Program-made: the position numbers and the translations under genes
The notes under the pieces: model-generated
The model's database searches: none
What the model saw: only the letters and a program-made list of their open reading frames with translations
Told to the model about the DNA's origin: nothing
Shown: positions 33,848 to 42,735 of the stretch, one piece after another
Position numbering within the stretch: the stretch's first letter is position 1
Layout: every line of letters begins with the position of its first letter
Source of the DNA: Candidatus Omnitrophota bacterium
GTDB lineage: Bacteria; Omnitrophota; Gorgyraeia; Duberdicusellales; 4484-171
DNA length: 64,000 nucleotides
Direction: 5' to 3'
Assembly: GCA_016935525.1 (NCBI GenBank)
Contig: JAFGQU010000021.1
Coordinates: forward strand, 15,028 to 79,027

Positions 33848-34192
33848 TTAACGGCCTTTACGGGCGGAATAAGCGAAGGGGAGAAAATAATTTTCCCATG
33901 ATTTGGGGGTGGACGAGTACTGATTCGTTCCGAAAAAGTAGTCGACTAACGCTTCTCTCATACGAGTAATCTCTTTAAGCCGCGGAAAAGTCTGCACATC
34001 AACAAGAGTCAAATCGATAAGTTCTAACGCCCGTTCGGCAGCTTGCCGACAATAAGCATGGTTCTCTTTTGATTGCCATCGGAGCGCCCGACTCACTTCA
34101 CTCCCGATATTCGCCATTTGTTCAAGAAACGGAATCTGTTGCCAACGGCCTTGCGCTAAATTTTTATGCTGATAATTCATGTTTTTATCCAT
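33848..34192 (-). CDS. Hypothetical protein with HEPN-like Rx6H motif
   Basis: 114 aa with RALRWQSKENH. It overlaps the upstream gene by 16 nt. Confidence 0.3.
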   Translation of the reverse strand: MDKNMNYQHKNLAQGRWQQIPFLEQMANIGSEVSRALRWQSKENHAYCRQAAERALELIDLTLVDVQTFPRLKEITRMREALVDYFFGTNQYSSTPKSWENYFLPFAYSARKGR

Positions 34193-34518
34193 TGAGAGAT
34201 GATTTCAACGATTTTCTTACGGGTCTGTTCATTCTCTACACTGCGGCTGCTATTGCCCTGAGCCGGACGCATATTGATCATCGAATCGTATTCAATAAAA
34301 TCTTCTTGCGGCATATCCGGATAAAGGTTGATTCCCCAAAGATTCTTTTGGTCTGCCCCATCGTCTAACAGTAATGCTTCTAAATCCGAATGCAGTTCGG
34401 CATCAAGCGCGACAATCCCCCGTTCAATATCGACAACCGCTTTCACCATGTTGCCGAACATTGCTCCGGATATCTTCCTGAGCTCTTCAATAGATAACAT
34501 GTCTCTGATGATTTTCAT
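34177..34518 (-). CDS. Hypothetical protein (upstream partner of the HEPN-like ORF)
   Basis: 113 aa, acidic. Confidence 0.3.
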   Translation of the reverse strand: MKIIRDMLSIEELRKISGAMFGNMVKAVVDIERGIVALDAELHSDLEALLLDDGADQKNLWGINLYPDMPQEDFIEYDSMINMRPAQGNSSRSVENEQTRKKIVEIISQWIKT

Positions 34519-35004
34519 GTCATTTTCCTTTAAAAATATCCGTCAATTATAATACCTGACTTACTCTATCCTTGCAAGGGAAAGAGTTCAGTCTATAATC
34601 TAGAGTATTTAATCTTTAGTGGAAAATTAATACATCAAAAAAAATAATGTAGACTGTCGACGGATGACGTAGGGCGAGTGTTTATCTCGTAGTGGTCGTT
34701 TTGTCTTCTTTTTTCTTCTTCCGCGGAGTGGCCGAGGTCGGCGGCAGGTCTTTATCGATCATGCGTTGATGGATGTTACAATATGCGTTTTCGTTGTACA
34801 TGCTCAACACGTTCTTACAGCCGTGATATTTGCAGATACGCCCTTTTTCGTATGAAGTGACTTTCTTGATACATCCTCCTTGGTTGCTTCAATTATACCA
34901 CTAAACACCTCCGTAAAGTAAACTATGTTCGATCTGCCGATCACGAAAAAAAAGCGGCGGGATATCCCGCCGCTTTTGTCTCATCGCAGATAACCCGGCC
35001 GATA

Positions 35005-35538
35005 TTATTTCATCGTCTTAGAAGGCACCTGTATCGGCGGTTTAGGAACTGCCGGTTGCGATGTCGGCGTAGTTCCCGGTTTCATCGATGAAGATGTTGA
35101 GGGCATCGGCGGTTTTGCGGGAGTCGCCGGGATCGCCGAACTCGTCGGCATCACTGGTTGCGGTCGGACCGTAACCGGTCTTACCATTTTTTGAGTCTTC
35201 GCTTTCAGCGAACTTACTTTTTTCCTCCCGAACAGCCCGGCACTGTACTCTAAAGAAACCTGATCATCGGGCATTAACGCGGCGATATCCATTTTCTTTC
35301 CGTCTTTCTCGATCGGGGTCGATCGGTTCAGTTTGAACACGATCTCTTGTGCATCTTTGGCATCGGGCTGTACGGTGATAGTCGATTTTTCCGTATCGAT
35401 CACCGTGATCTTTCCGGCTACCTTTTCTACGGTCGCCGCTGCAGCCAGGATTTCGGGAGACGAAAACCCTCCGCCTACCAATCCTGCTACCAGGACCAGA
35501 ATCAACCAGAATCTTACCTCACCTCGCATATTCCCCAC
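35005..35538 (-). CDS. Secreted protein with Pro/Thr/Ser-rich C-terminal region
   Basis: 177 aa with an N-terminal TM/signal sequence and a low-complexity PxP tail. Confidence 0.4.
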   Translation of the reverse strand: MGNMRGEVRFWLILVLVAGLVGGGFSSPEILAAAATVEKVAGKITVIDTEKSTITVQPDAKDAQEIVFKLNRSTPIEKDGKKMDIAALMPDDQVSLEYSAGLFGRKKVSSLKAKTQKMVRPVTVRPQPVMPTSSAIPATPAKPPMPSTSSSMKPGTTPTSQPAVPKPPIQVPSKTMK

Positions 35539-36046
35539 CCTCCTTCCTTAAGAGCCTCTTTATGCACTCATCCTGATTTTGCCGCCGCAGAAGAGACTCT
35601 TTCCCTTTAATAAGGCGGCTTTTTTACTGTTTGTATCCGAATACAGTATACTCTCCGCACACAAAAGGAACATAGAAAAAGAAACTATTTTTTCGTTCGA
35701 CACGTCTATTCGATTTTATGGAAACCGCCTGTTTAACCGCTTGCTGAACAAGGGGTTATAAACCCTATTTCTCTTGCAGACAAAAACCCTTGAGGTACAA
35801 TCTATCTTAGATCATACAGTCCATAAAAACAAAGAGATTCCCATGACAATACAATACCTGTTATCGAATAATATGGTTCTACGTGACATCATTTTACAGG
35901 ATCAGTCCAGCACTGATGACCGCACCCACCTGATCCATTATTATTACCTTACCCATTCCAGTAAGAGCCCCCCTGTGTTTCTCTCTCTTTTCTAATGTGC
36001 CGCTCCTGGTACACAAAAAAACACGTCAGTATAAAGAAGGAAACTT

Positions 36047-36406
36047 ATGAGAATTTTAATATCTTTAATCAGTCTCGCTCTTGCTGTGTTCCTCTGTGTG
36101 GGCTGGAGCCAGATGGGGAACGACCAGCAACCCACACCACAGGTGAAAACACAAAAAATAGATGCAAAACAGATCCTGAAAGATTCTGAAGGAATCGTGA
36201 CGGAAATATCGCCCCAGGAGATCGTCATTGAAAAAGAAGATTATACCGGAGAAGAAGAAAGTTATACGATCGATCCTCAGGTAAAAATCGAATCTACCGA
36301 TTCACTTGACGATATCGGAGTCGGCGATATGGTCTCGGTAAAATACGTAACGGATAAAGATAAAAAAATCGTAAAAGTGATCCGGGTCGAAGAATTCAAT
36401 CACTGA
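36047..36406 (+). CDS. Secreted hypothetical protein
   Basis: 119 aa with a signal peptide. Confidence 0.4.
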   Translation: MRILISLISLALAVFLCVGWSQMGNDQQPTPQVKTQKIDAKQILKDSEGIVTEISPQEIVIEKEDYTGEEESYTIDPQVKIESTDSLDDIGVGDMVSVKYVTDKDKKIVKVIRVEEFNH

Positions 36407-36461
36407 TCAGCGAAACCGGTAGCGGGATATACCTTATAGAGAGAAATAAAAAGGAGCCTAT

Positions 36462-36659
36462 ATGGAAACGTTCAGTGACCTGCAGAGATCGAAATATTCA
36501 CAGGAAGATCTCGATAAAATACGTACCAAAGCATATTATATCTGGGAACAGAAGGGAAAACCGACGACAGAAAGCGCGTTAGATCACTGGTTACAAGCCG
36601 AACGGGAACTGCGCCGGGCCGGTATGATCTCAAAAAAAGAGAGTAAAAAAGGGTTCTAA
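36462..36659 (+). CDS. DUF2934-family protein
   Basis: 65 aa containing AYYIWEQKGKP...HWLQAERE. Confidence 0.6.
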   Translation: METFSDLQRSKYSQEDLDKIRTKAYYIWEQKGKPTTESALDHWLQAERELRRAGMISKKESKKGF

Positions 36660-36788
36660 CAATATCATACTATCCGAAAAAGAAATGAGGTAATACCATG
36701 ATAAACAAATTCGATAAGAAAAAACCGCTCTCACCACAACCACCACAACCGGGCCAATCTAAACCATGTTGCTCATAGATCACAAAAG

Positions 36789-36823
36789 ATATATGGAGCA
36801 GGATTTTTTCCTGCTCCATATAT
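36789..36823. terminator. Perfect 14-bp palindromic hairpin ATATATGGAGCAGG-attttt-CCTGCTCCATATAT
   Basis: Lies immediately after a 26-codon ORF and 10 nt before the next gene. Confidence 0.5.
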
Positions 36824-36832
36824 CAATATTTT

Positions 36833-37165
36833 ATGAACTATATCGCGAATAACGGTTACATAAAGGGAAACGGCACCGTCCGTTCTCTATGTATGGAAAA
36901 ACTTAAAGAAAAATCTCAAATAAAAAAAGAACAGATAAAACCGTCTTGTGAAGCGAAACTCATCGTACCGGCTGACGCCTATCAAACTCCGGTCAGTTAT
37001 AGCGTAGGCTGGCTCACTCTTGTGATGGCGTGTATCCCGATCCTGTTCGGCCTGGTAGAAGGAAAAAAGACCGCTCTCGGGATCGGACTGATTCTTATTG
37101 CGATCAGCGTAATAGCTTTTGCGATAGGGTACCGACATAACAAGTCCAAGAAAACACAAAAATAG
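36833..37165 (+). CDS. Small membrane protein (hypothetical)
   Basis: 110 aa with 2 TM segments in the C-terminal half. Confidence 0.35.
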   Translation: MNYIANNGYIKGNGTVRSLCMEKLKEKSQIKKEQIKPSCEAKLIVPADAYQTPVSYSVGWLTLVMACIPILFGLVEGKKTALGIGLILIAISVIAFAIGYRHNKSKKTQK

Positions 37166-37183
37166 AGAAAGACATCGCGTGCG

Positions 37184-37513
37184 ATGAAAACAATCATTCT
37201 CCTCTGTATATCGAACATATTCATGACGATCGCCTGGTACGGCCATCTGAAATACAAAAGTGCGCCGCTGGTGACGGTAATCTTCGTCAGTTGGGGGATT
37301 GCCTTCGCCGAATACTGTTTCCAGGTACCGGCAAACCGTATCGGACATGCGACGTTCACTGCCGCGCAGTTAAAGACGATACAGGAAGTGATCACACTTG
37401 CCGTATTCTGCGCGTTTTCCCTGATCTACCTTAAAGAAGAGATCCGCTGGAACTATCTGGTAGGATTCGCTTTTATCGCGCTTGCGGTATTCTTTATATT
37501 CAAGAAATGGTAA
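37184..37513 (+). CDS. DMT-superfamily small membrane protein (DUF486)
   Basis: 109 aa; SNIFMTIAWYGHLKYK is typical of the DUF486/DMT small family. Confidence 0.6.
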   Translation: MKTIILLCISNIFMTIAWYGHLKYKSAPLVTVIFVSWGIAFAEYCFQVPANRIGHATFTAAQLKTIQEVITLAVFCAFSLIYLKEEIRWNYLVGFAFIALAVFFIFKKW

Positions 37514-37649
37514 AAATGACTTAGTCCCACTCCGAAAAAATATGTTCGTTTGATGACAAAGACACTCCCTCCCTCCAAAAACAAGAAGAAGCAATCTACT
37601 CCTATATAAAAACATTGACATTATACCGGTAAAATCTAAAATATTCTCT

Positions 37650-37985
37650 ATGAACCTTCGGCTTCTTCGTACATTATTGATACTAGCGTTCGTATCGATA
37701 GCCGCGGTTGGACAATCCGTATACGCGACCGATACGCCGCTGTTATCGGAAACGGAAAAAGAGATAGAACTGCGTAAAATAGAACTATTTCAAGGACATT
37801 GCGATGAAAGGATCAAACAGCAATCGCAAGAGGTATCGTCAGTCATCTTAAACGATCAGGCCCGCAGGTCCGCGGTCATTACCGATCATTCTTGTCTTTT
37901 TTCCAATATACCTAAAGATTTTTTTATATTCTCTTCAAAATCGTGTATCCATTCTCCTCCCTGCTGTTACTCACCTTTTTGTTGA
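37650..37985 (+). CDS. Secreted Cys-rich hypothetical protein
   Basis: 111 aa with a signal peptide; weakly supported. Confidence 0.3.
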   Translation: MNLRLLRTLLILAFVSIAAVGQSVYATDTPLLSETEKEIELRKIELFQGHCDERIKQQSQEVSSVILNDQARRSAVITDHSCLFSNIPKDFFIFSSKSCIHSPPCCYSPFC

Positions 37986-38043
37986 TGGATCTTTCAATTT
38001 CATTGGGTAGTTTCAGTAAAAATCAGGAGTGAGAACCATGTGA

Positions 38044-38352
38044 GTGATCATAATGCACAATAACGATGAATATCTTAAACTCGCGTCACGTCTGGCCGAA
38101 CAATGTGCCGCGAAGATCGTCACGATAGACAAACCGGGCATAGGATCGGCAGTAAAAGGCCTGCAGATAGGATTTGTCCTGTCGCACGGGCAGATCATGA
38201 GCGTCTATCACAAAGCGTTAGCGGTATTCTTAAAAGACGAAGCATCGGTCAATGCACTGTTTACGATGATGAGGTCTGACCGGGAACTGGACCGATTGAG
38301 CCTGGAAGATGAAGGATTTATCTGTAATGTTCCGCTAGAATGTGCCGCATAG
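38044..38352 (+). CDS. Hypothetical protein (possible DRTGG-like domain) upstream of the CBS/EIIA gene
   Basis: 102 aa; its stop overlaps the next ORF. Confidence 0.3.
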   Translation: MIIMHNNDEYLKLASRLAEQCAAKIVTIDKPGIGSAVKGLQIGFVLSHGQIMSVYHKALAVFLKDEASVNALFTMMRSDRELDRLSLEDEGFICNVPLECAA

Positions 38353-39295
38353 AAAAAAGAAAAGACTAAAGATGGCAAAACTCACTAATTATGTCCATTA
38401 CGGAGCGATAGTCGATAATCTGGTACCACAAAATAAATATCAAGTGATAAAGATCCTGCTCGATAAACTGTTCGAGTTCTATCCGGATATCGTCCTGAAT
38501 AAAGACGATGTCCTGGCCGCGGTGACCGAACGGGAAGACAGCCAGACGACCGGGATCGGCGCGGGCCTGGCGTTTCCGCATGCCCGTATCGAGAATTGGC
38601 AGGGATTATCGGTCGTCGTCGGGATATGTAAAGACGGGACGGATTTCGAAAGTGTCGACAATATCCCGGTGAAGATGGTATTTCTCATGATTTCCTCTCC
38701 CGACGATTCTTACGCGATCTTAAAGACCATGGCCGGGATCGCGCGGTTTTTCCGGGAAACCGGAGAAAATATCGATTCGTTTATCAACCAGTGTTTTGCC
38801 GAAGGAGGTATTTTCGCTCAGTTAAATAAAAATAATAAAGAGACCGAAAAACAGATCACCGCAAACGATATCGTCCGGCCAGTCCAGAACGTCGTCTCGA
38901 TAGATACTTCTATTGAAGAAGCAACCCAGACCATGCATTTAAACCATCTTGACGTGTTGCCGGTCATAGACGAACACGGCAGGTTTTGCGGAGAACTTTC
39001 CTGTATCGATATCTTTAATTACGAGATGCCCCATTTTTTCAGCCAGTTACAGACCGTATCGTTTGTAAGACACATCGATCCGTTTGAAAAATATTTCCGG
39101 ATAAAACGTGACCTGAAAGTAAAAGATTTTTACCGTAAAGGCCCAAAAGCGTTACGAGCGGACGCGACATTACTTGAGATCGTGTTTGAACTTACCGTAA
39201 AAAACCGCTCGACCGTGTTTGTCGTCGATGGTGACGACCGGTTTATCGGTGCGATAGACCGGTTCTGTATCGTGGATAAAATACTGTTTTTTTAG
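38342..39295 (+). CDS. PTS EIIA(Ntr/Fru)-type domain protein with tandem CBS domains
   Basis: EIIA-2 motifs TGIGAGLAFPHAR, then two CBS repeats. The start may be the second ATG at 38372. Confidence 0.6.
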   Translation: MPHRKKKRLKMAKLTNYVHYGAIVDNLVPQNKYQVIKILLDKLFEFYPDIVLNKDDVLAAVTEREDSQTTGIGAGLAFPHARIENWQGLSVVVGICKDGTDFESVDNIPVKMVFLMISSPDDSYAILKTMAGIARFFRETGENIDSFINQCFAEGGIFAQLNKNNKETEKQITANDIVRPVQNVVSIDTSIEEATQTMHLNHLDVLPVIDEHGRFCGELSCIDIFNYEMPHFFSQLQTVSFVRHIDPFEKYFRIKRDLKVKDFYRKGPKALRADATLLEIVFELTVKNRSTVFVVDGDDRFIGAIDRFCIVDKILFF

Positions 39296-39306
39296 AAGGA
39301 GAGATC

Positions 39307-40599
39307 ATGAAAGCTTTTCTCTCGATCGCTATATTCGTTATCGCTTATTTCTTTATTGCGACCGAAAAGGTCAATAAAACCATCGTTACGATACTGGGCG
39401 CGTGTTGCGTACTATTTTTAAATCTGGTCACGTTCCCGGAGGCGGTGGCGGCGGTCGATTTTAACGTCATATTCCTGCTGGTCGGGATGATGACCTGTGT
39501 CCATATATTATCAAAAACCGGGTTCTTTGAATGGGTTGCCGTAAGTATCGCCAAATATACTAAAGGGAACCCTTACGGAATCATGGTGTTACTGGTTACG
39601 GCTACCGCGGTGCTCTCCTCCGTCCTTGATAACGTGACGACGATCATCCTTTTAGTACCGGTCACGATATTGATCATGCAGCTTTTAGAGATCGATCCGG
39701 TACCATTTATTATATTGGAAGCGATCGCATCCAACATCGGCGGTACCGCGACTCTGATCGGTGATCCCCCGAATATCATCATCGGGTCCCGGGCAAACCT
39801 GTCGTTTAACGATTTCCTGTTCAATCTAGGTCCGGTGATAGTACTGGTATTCGCGTTTTTTCTTTTAACGATCTTCCTCGCGTTCAGAAACCGGTTCCAG
39901 GTGAGCCGGCAGATAAAAGGGCGGGTAATTAATGCCATACCAAGCCTGGCGATCACTGATTTTCCGAGAATGAGAAAAGCGTTAATAATCTTAGCGGTAA
40001 TGTTTATCATGTTTTTCTTGCATGAACTCATCGGATTACAGCCGGGAGTCATCGCGCTCGGCGGAAGCATGGTCATGTTGCTTGCCTGCCGTATCGAGAG
40101 TGACGAGACGTTGATGCGGGTCGAATGGGGTGTCATATTCTTTTTTATCGGTATGTTTATGATCATCTCGGCACTGGAAGTCAACGGAGTGATGTCGCTC
40201 ATTAGTAACAGCGTCATGATGATGGCCGGAAAAAACCTGCTGATCCTCTGTTTTGTAGTCATGTGGGGCGCGGCATTGCTTTCCTCGGTTCTCGATAACA
40301 TCCCGTTTGTCATCGCGATGGTCCCGCTGGTAAAACAGTTTATTACCCATTTCACGTTAGAAAATCCCGGTATGCACTATGCCGCGGTCGCTGAACCGTT
40401 ATGGTGGGCATTGGCTCTGGGTGCCTGTTTAGGCGGGAACGGTACGATCATCGGTTCTTCGGCAAACATCATCATGGCCAAGATAAGTGAGAAAAACGAA
40501 TGTCCGGTGACCTTTAAACGGTTCTTCAAATACGGGGTTTCCTTTACTATTCAATCTCTCCTGATCTGTAGCGTATATCTTTGGTTACGCTATTTTTAA
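39307..40599 (+). CDS. ArsB/NhaD-superfamily anion/citrate permease
   Basis: 430 aa with about 12 TMs and the duplicated motif SSVLDNVTTIILLVP / SSVLDNIPFVIAMVP. Confidence 0.7.
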   Translation: MKAFLSIAIFVIAYFFIATEKVNKTIVTILGACCVLFLNLVTFPEAVAAVDFNVIFLLVGMMTCVHILSKTGFFEWVAVSIAKYTKGNPYGIMVLLVTATAVLSSVLDNVTTIILLVPVTILIMQLLEIDPVPFIILEAIASNIGGTATLIGDPPNIIIGSRANLSFNDFLFNLGPVIVLVFAFFLLTIFLAFRNRFQVSRQIKGRVINAIPSLAITDFPRMRKALIILAVMFIMFFLHELIGLQPGVIALGGSMVMLLACRIESDETLMRVEWGVIFFFIGMFMIISALEVNGVMSLISNSVMMMAGKNLLILCFVVMWGAALLSSVLDNIPFVIAMVPLVKQFITHFTLENPGMHYAAVAEPLWWALALGACLGGNGTIIGSSANIIMAKISEKNECPVTFKRFFKYGVSFTIQSLLICSVYLWLRYF

Positions 40600-40636
40600 T
40601 GTTTCATCTTTCATTTTTCCTCTAATCCTCCACATC

Positions 40637-40652
40637 AAGTGAAAAAATTCAC
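40637..40652. promoter_or_regulatory. Rex-operator-like palindrome GTGAA-aaaa-TTCAC (distal)
   Basis: Reads agtgaaaaaattcact, matching the Rex consensus TTGTGAAnnnnTTCACAA. Confidence 0.5.
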
Positions 40653-40747
40653 TAAAATAGCTATTTCTTAATTATTTGTAAGTAATTGGTTACCAATGCT
40701 TAACGTAAAAAACCCTTAATTTTCAAAAAATATCCCTAAAATGCCTC

Positions 40748-40791
40748 TTGACAAACTTCTCAAAAAGTTCTATACTGTGAAATAATTCACT
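40748..40791 (+). promoter_or_regulatory. rex promoter (TTGACA-17-TATACT) with an overlapping Rex box TGTGAAATAATTCACT
   Basis: -35 at 40748..40753, -10 at 40771..40776, and the Rex box at 40776..40791 directly downstream of the -10. Confidence 0.55.
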
Positions 40792-40799
40792 TAAAAACT

Positions 40800-41411
40800 A
40801 TGAAAGATCTGTCAAACAATACAATCGAACGTATCTGTAAAATATTCGGGTATCTCGATGCTCTTCAGAAAAAAGAAATCGGGTTTATCTCCTCAAGGGA
40901 ACTGGCTCAAGGGTTAGGTACCACCGAATATACCGTACGTAAAGATCTTAGCACCCTGGGCGTAACCGGGCATACCCGACGGGGATATGACGTGAAACTG
41001 TTAAAAACCCAGTTAGGCGAAAAGCTGCATCTCACCCAGAAACGTAAAGCCGGTATCGTAGGACTGGGCAGACTCGGGACGGCATTACTTGATTACGAGA
41101 AGTTTAAAGTCGACGGATTCGAGATCGTTGCCGGATTCGATTGCAGTATTAATAAGTTGGAACGTATCCGTACCCAGATCGATGTGTTCAGCGTGAACGA
41201 TCTCAAACGGGTAGTCGCCGAACGGCATATCGAACTGGGTATTATCGCCGTACCGGAGGCTGCCGCGCAAAATGTTGCCGATACATTATGCGCGGCCGGC
41301 GTGAAAGGAATTTTGAATTTTTCACCGGTAAAAGTGACCGTTCCCGAAGGGATCGTCTATCTTGATATGGATTTTACCAACGCGTTACGGTTCATCGCAG
41401 CGCGGTTATAA
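40800..41411 (+). CDS. rex: Redox-sensing transcriptional repressor Rex
   Basis: 203 aa with a winged helix followed by a Rossmann NADH-binding domain (GIVGLGRLG). Confidence 0.85.
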   Translation: MKDLSNNTIERICKIFGYLDALQKKEIGFISSRELAQGLGTTEYTVRKDLSTLGVTGHTRRGYDVKLLKTQLGEKLHLTQKRKAGIVGLGRLGTALLDYEKFKVDGFEIVAGFDCSINKLERIRTQIDVFSVNDLKRVVAERHIELGIIAVPEAAAQNVADTLCAAGVKGILNFSPVKVTVPEGIVYLDMDFTNALRFIAARL

Positions 41412-41438
41412 GTAGGGAAAAATGGAACAAAAAGGCAG

Positions 41439-41472
41439 ACCCTTGACAATTTTGTACAAAATCATCAAGGGT
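41439..41472. promoter_or_regulatory. 17-bp imperfect inverted repeat ACCCTTGAcaATTTTGT/ACAAAATcaTCAAGGGT upstream of serC
   Basis: Contains the perfect 14-nt palindrome ATTTTGTACAAAAT. Confidence 0.5.
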
Positions 41473-41574
41473 TCAATTCGCGTATGCAACTTATGTGCAC
41501 TTAGTTCCACGTGCGTGGCGTTGCCACAACGGGGCTCACGCCATAAGTTGCGCGCTCATTGAAGGAGGGACATC

Positions 41575-42657
41575 ATGAACAGGATCTATAATTTTAGCGC
41601 AGGACCGGCAACATTACCGAAAGAGGTGCTCGAGAAAGCGGCTGAAGAGATGCTCGATTATAAAGGATGCGGGATGTCGGTGATGGAGATGTCGCATCGC
41701 GGAAAAGAGTTTAAAGGTATTATCGAACGGTGCGAAGCCACATTACGGGAAATAATGGGTATTCCCAATAACTATAGAGTATTGTTTCTTCAGGGCGGCG
41801 CGTCGTTACAGTTTGCAATGGTACCGTTAAACCTGATGACGAAACACAAAAAAGCCGATTATGTGCATACCGGCCAGTGGACTAAAAAAGCGATAACTGA
41901 AGCGAAAAAGTACGGGACCGTCAATATCATCGCCAGTTCCGAAAAAGAAAATTTCACCTATATCCCTAAACTTTCTCCGGCGACGTTTTCAAAAGATGCC
42001 GATTATTTTTATATCGTGACCAATAATACCATCTACGGTACCGCGTATAAGACTCTGCCCGATACCGGGGATGTACCGCTGGTTGCCGATATGTCGTCGA
42101 ATATCCTTTCCGAACCGATAGACGTAACAAAATTCGGGCTGATCTTTGCCGGAGCGCAGAAAAATATCGGGCCGGCCGGAGTGACGCTGGTGATCATCCG
42201 GGAAGATCTTGCCGGGCATGCGCGGGATATCACCCCCACACTCCTTGATTATCAGACCCATATCGAAAGCGGATCGATGTATAACACTCCGCCCTGTTAT
42301 TCTATTTATATCGCGGGGCGGGTGTTTGAATGGATACGACAAAAAGGCGGACTTACCGCGATGAAAAAGATAAATGAAGAAAAAGCTCAACTCCTCTATG
42401 ATTACCTGGATAATTCGAAATTGTTCCGTAGTCCGGTGAAAAAAGAAGACCGGTCATTGATGAACGTGCCGTTTGTGACCGGTAACGCCGAGTTGGATGC
42501 GAAATTTATCGAAGAAGCGGGAAAACGCGGCCTGAAAACCCTGAAAGGACACCGTACTGTCGGCGGGATGAGAGCGAGTATATATAACGCGATGCCGATC
42601 GACGGGATAAAGACGTTGGTCGCGTTTATGAGAGAATTCGAGAAAGAAAATACATAA
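41575..42657 (+). CDS. serC: Phosphoserine aminotransferase
   Basis: 360 aa with FSAGPA at the N-terminus and class V aminotransferase features. Confidence 0.9.
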   Translation: MNRIYNFSAGPATLPKEVLEKAAEEMLDYKGCGMSVMEMSHRGKEFKGIIERCEATLREIMGIPNNYRVLFLQGGASLQFAMVPLNLMTKHKKADYVHTGQWTKKAITEAKKYGTVNIIASSEKENFTYIPKLSPATFSKDADYFYIVTNNTIYGTAYKTLPDTGDVPLVADMSSNILSEPIDVTKFGLIFAGAQKNIGPAGVTLVIIREDLAGHARDITPTLLDYQTHIESGSMYNTPPCYSIYIAGRVFEWIRQKGGLTAMKKINEEKAQLLYDYLDNSKLFRSPVKKEDRSLMNVPFVTGNAELDAKFIEEAGKRGLKTLKGHRTVGGMRASIYNAMPIDGIKTLVAFMREFEKENT

Positions 42658-42735
42658 AACCCTACACGCAAGAAGATCGTCTGCGATTATTTGTTCTAAT
42701 CAGCGATCATCTGCGTACAAAGAAAGGTCCACACC

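Noticed and set aside
34688-34880. Programmed frameshift interpretation of the zinc-ribbon small ORF
   Set aside because: There is no slippery heptamer at the junction. A sequencing indel or a non-canonical start is more parsimonious, so it is kept only as a low-interest observation.
40036-40355. His/Asp-rich and Met-rich minus-strand ORFs (39573..40355, 40036..40350) inside the ArsB/NhaD permease gene
   Set aside because: They are antisense artefacts of a hydrophobic membrane-protein frame.
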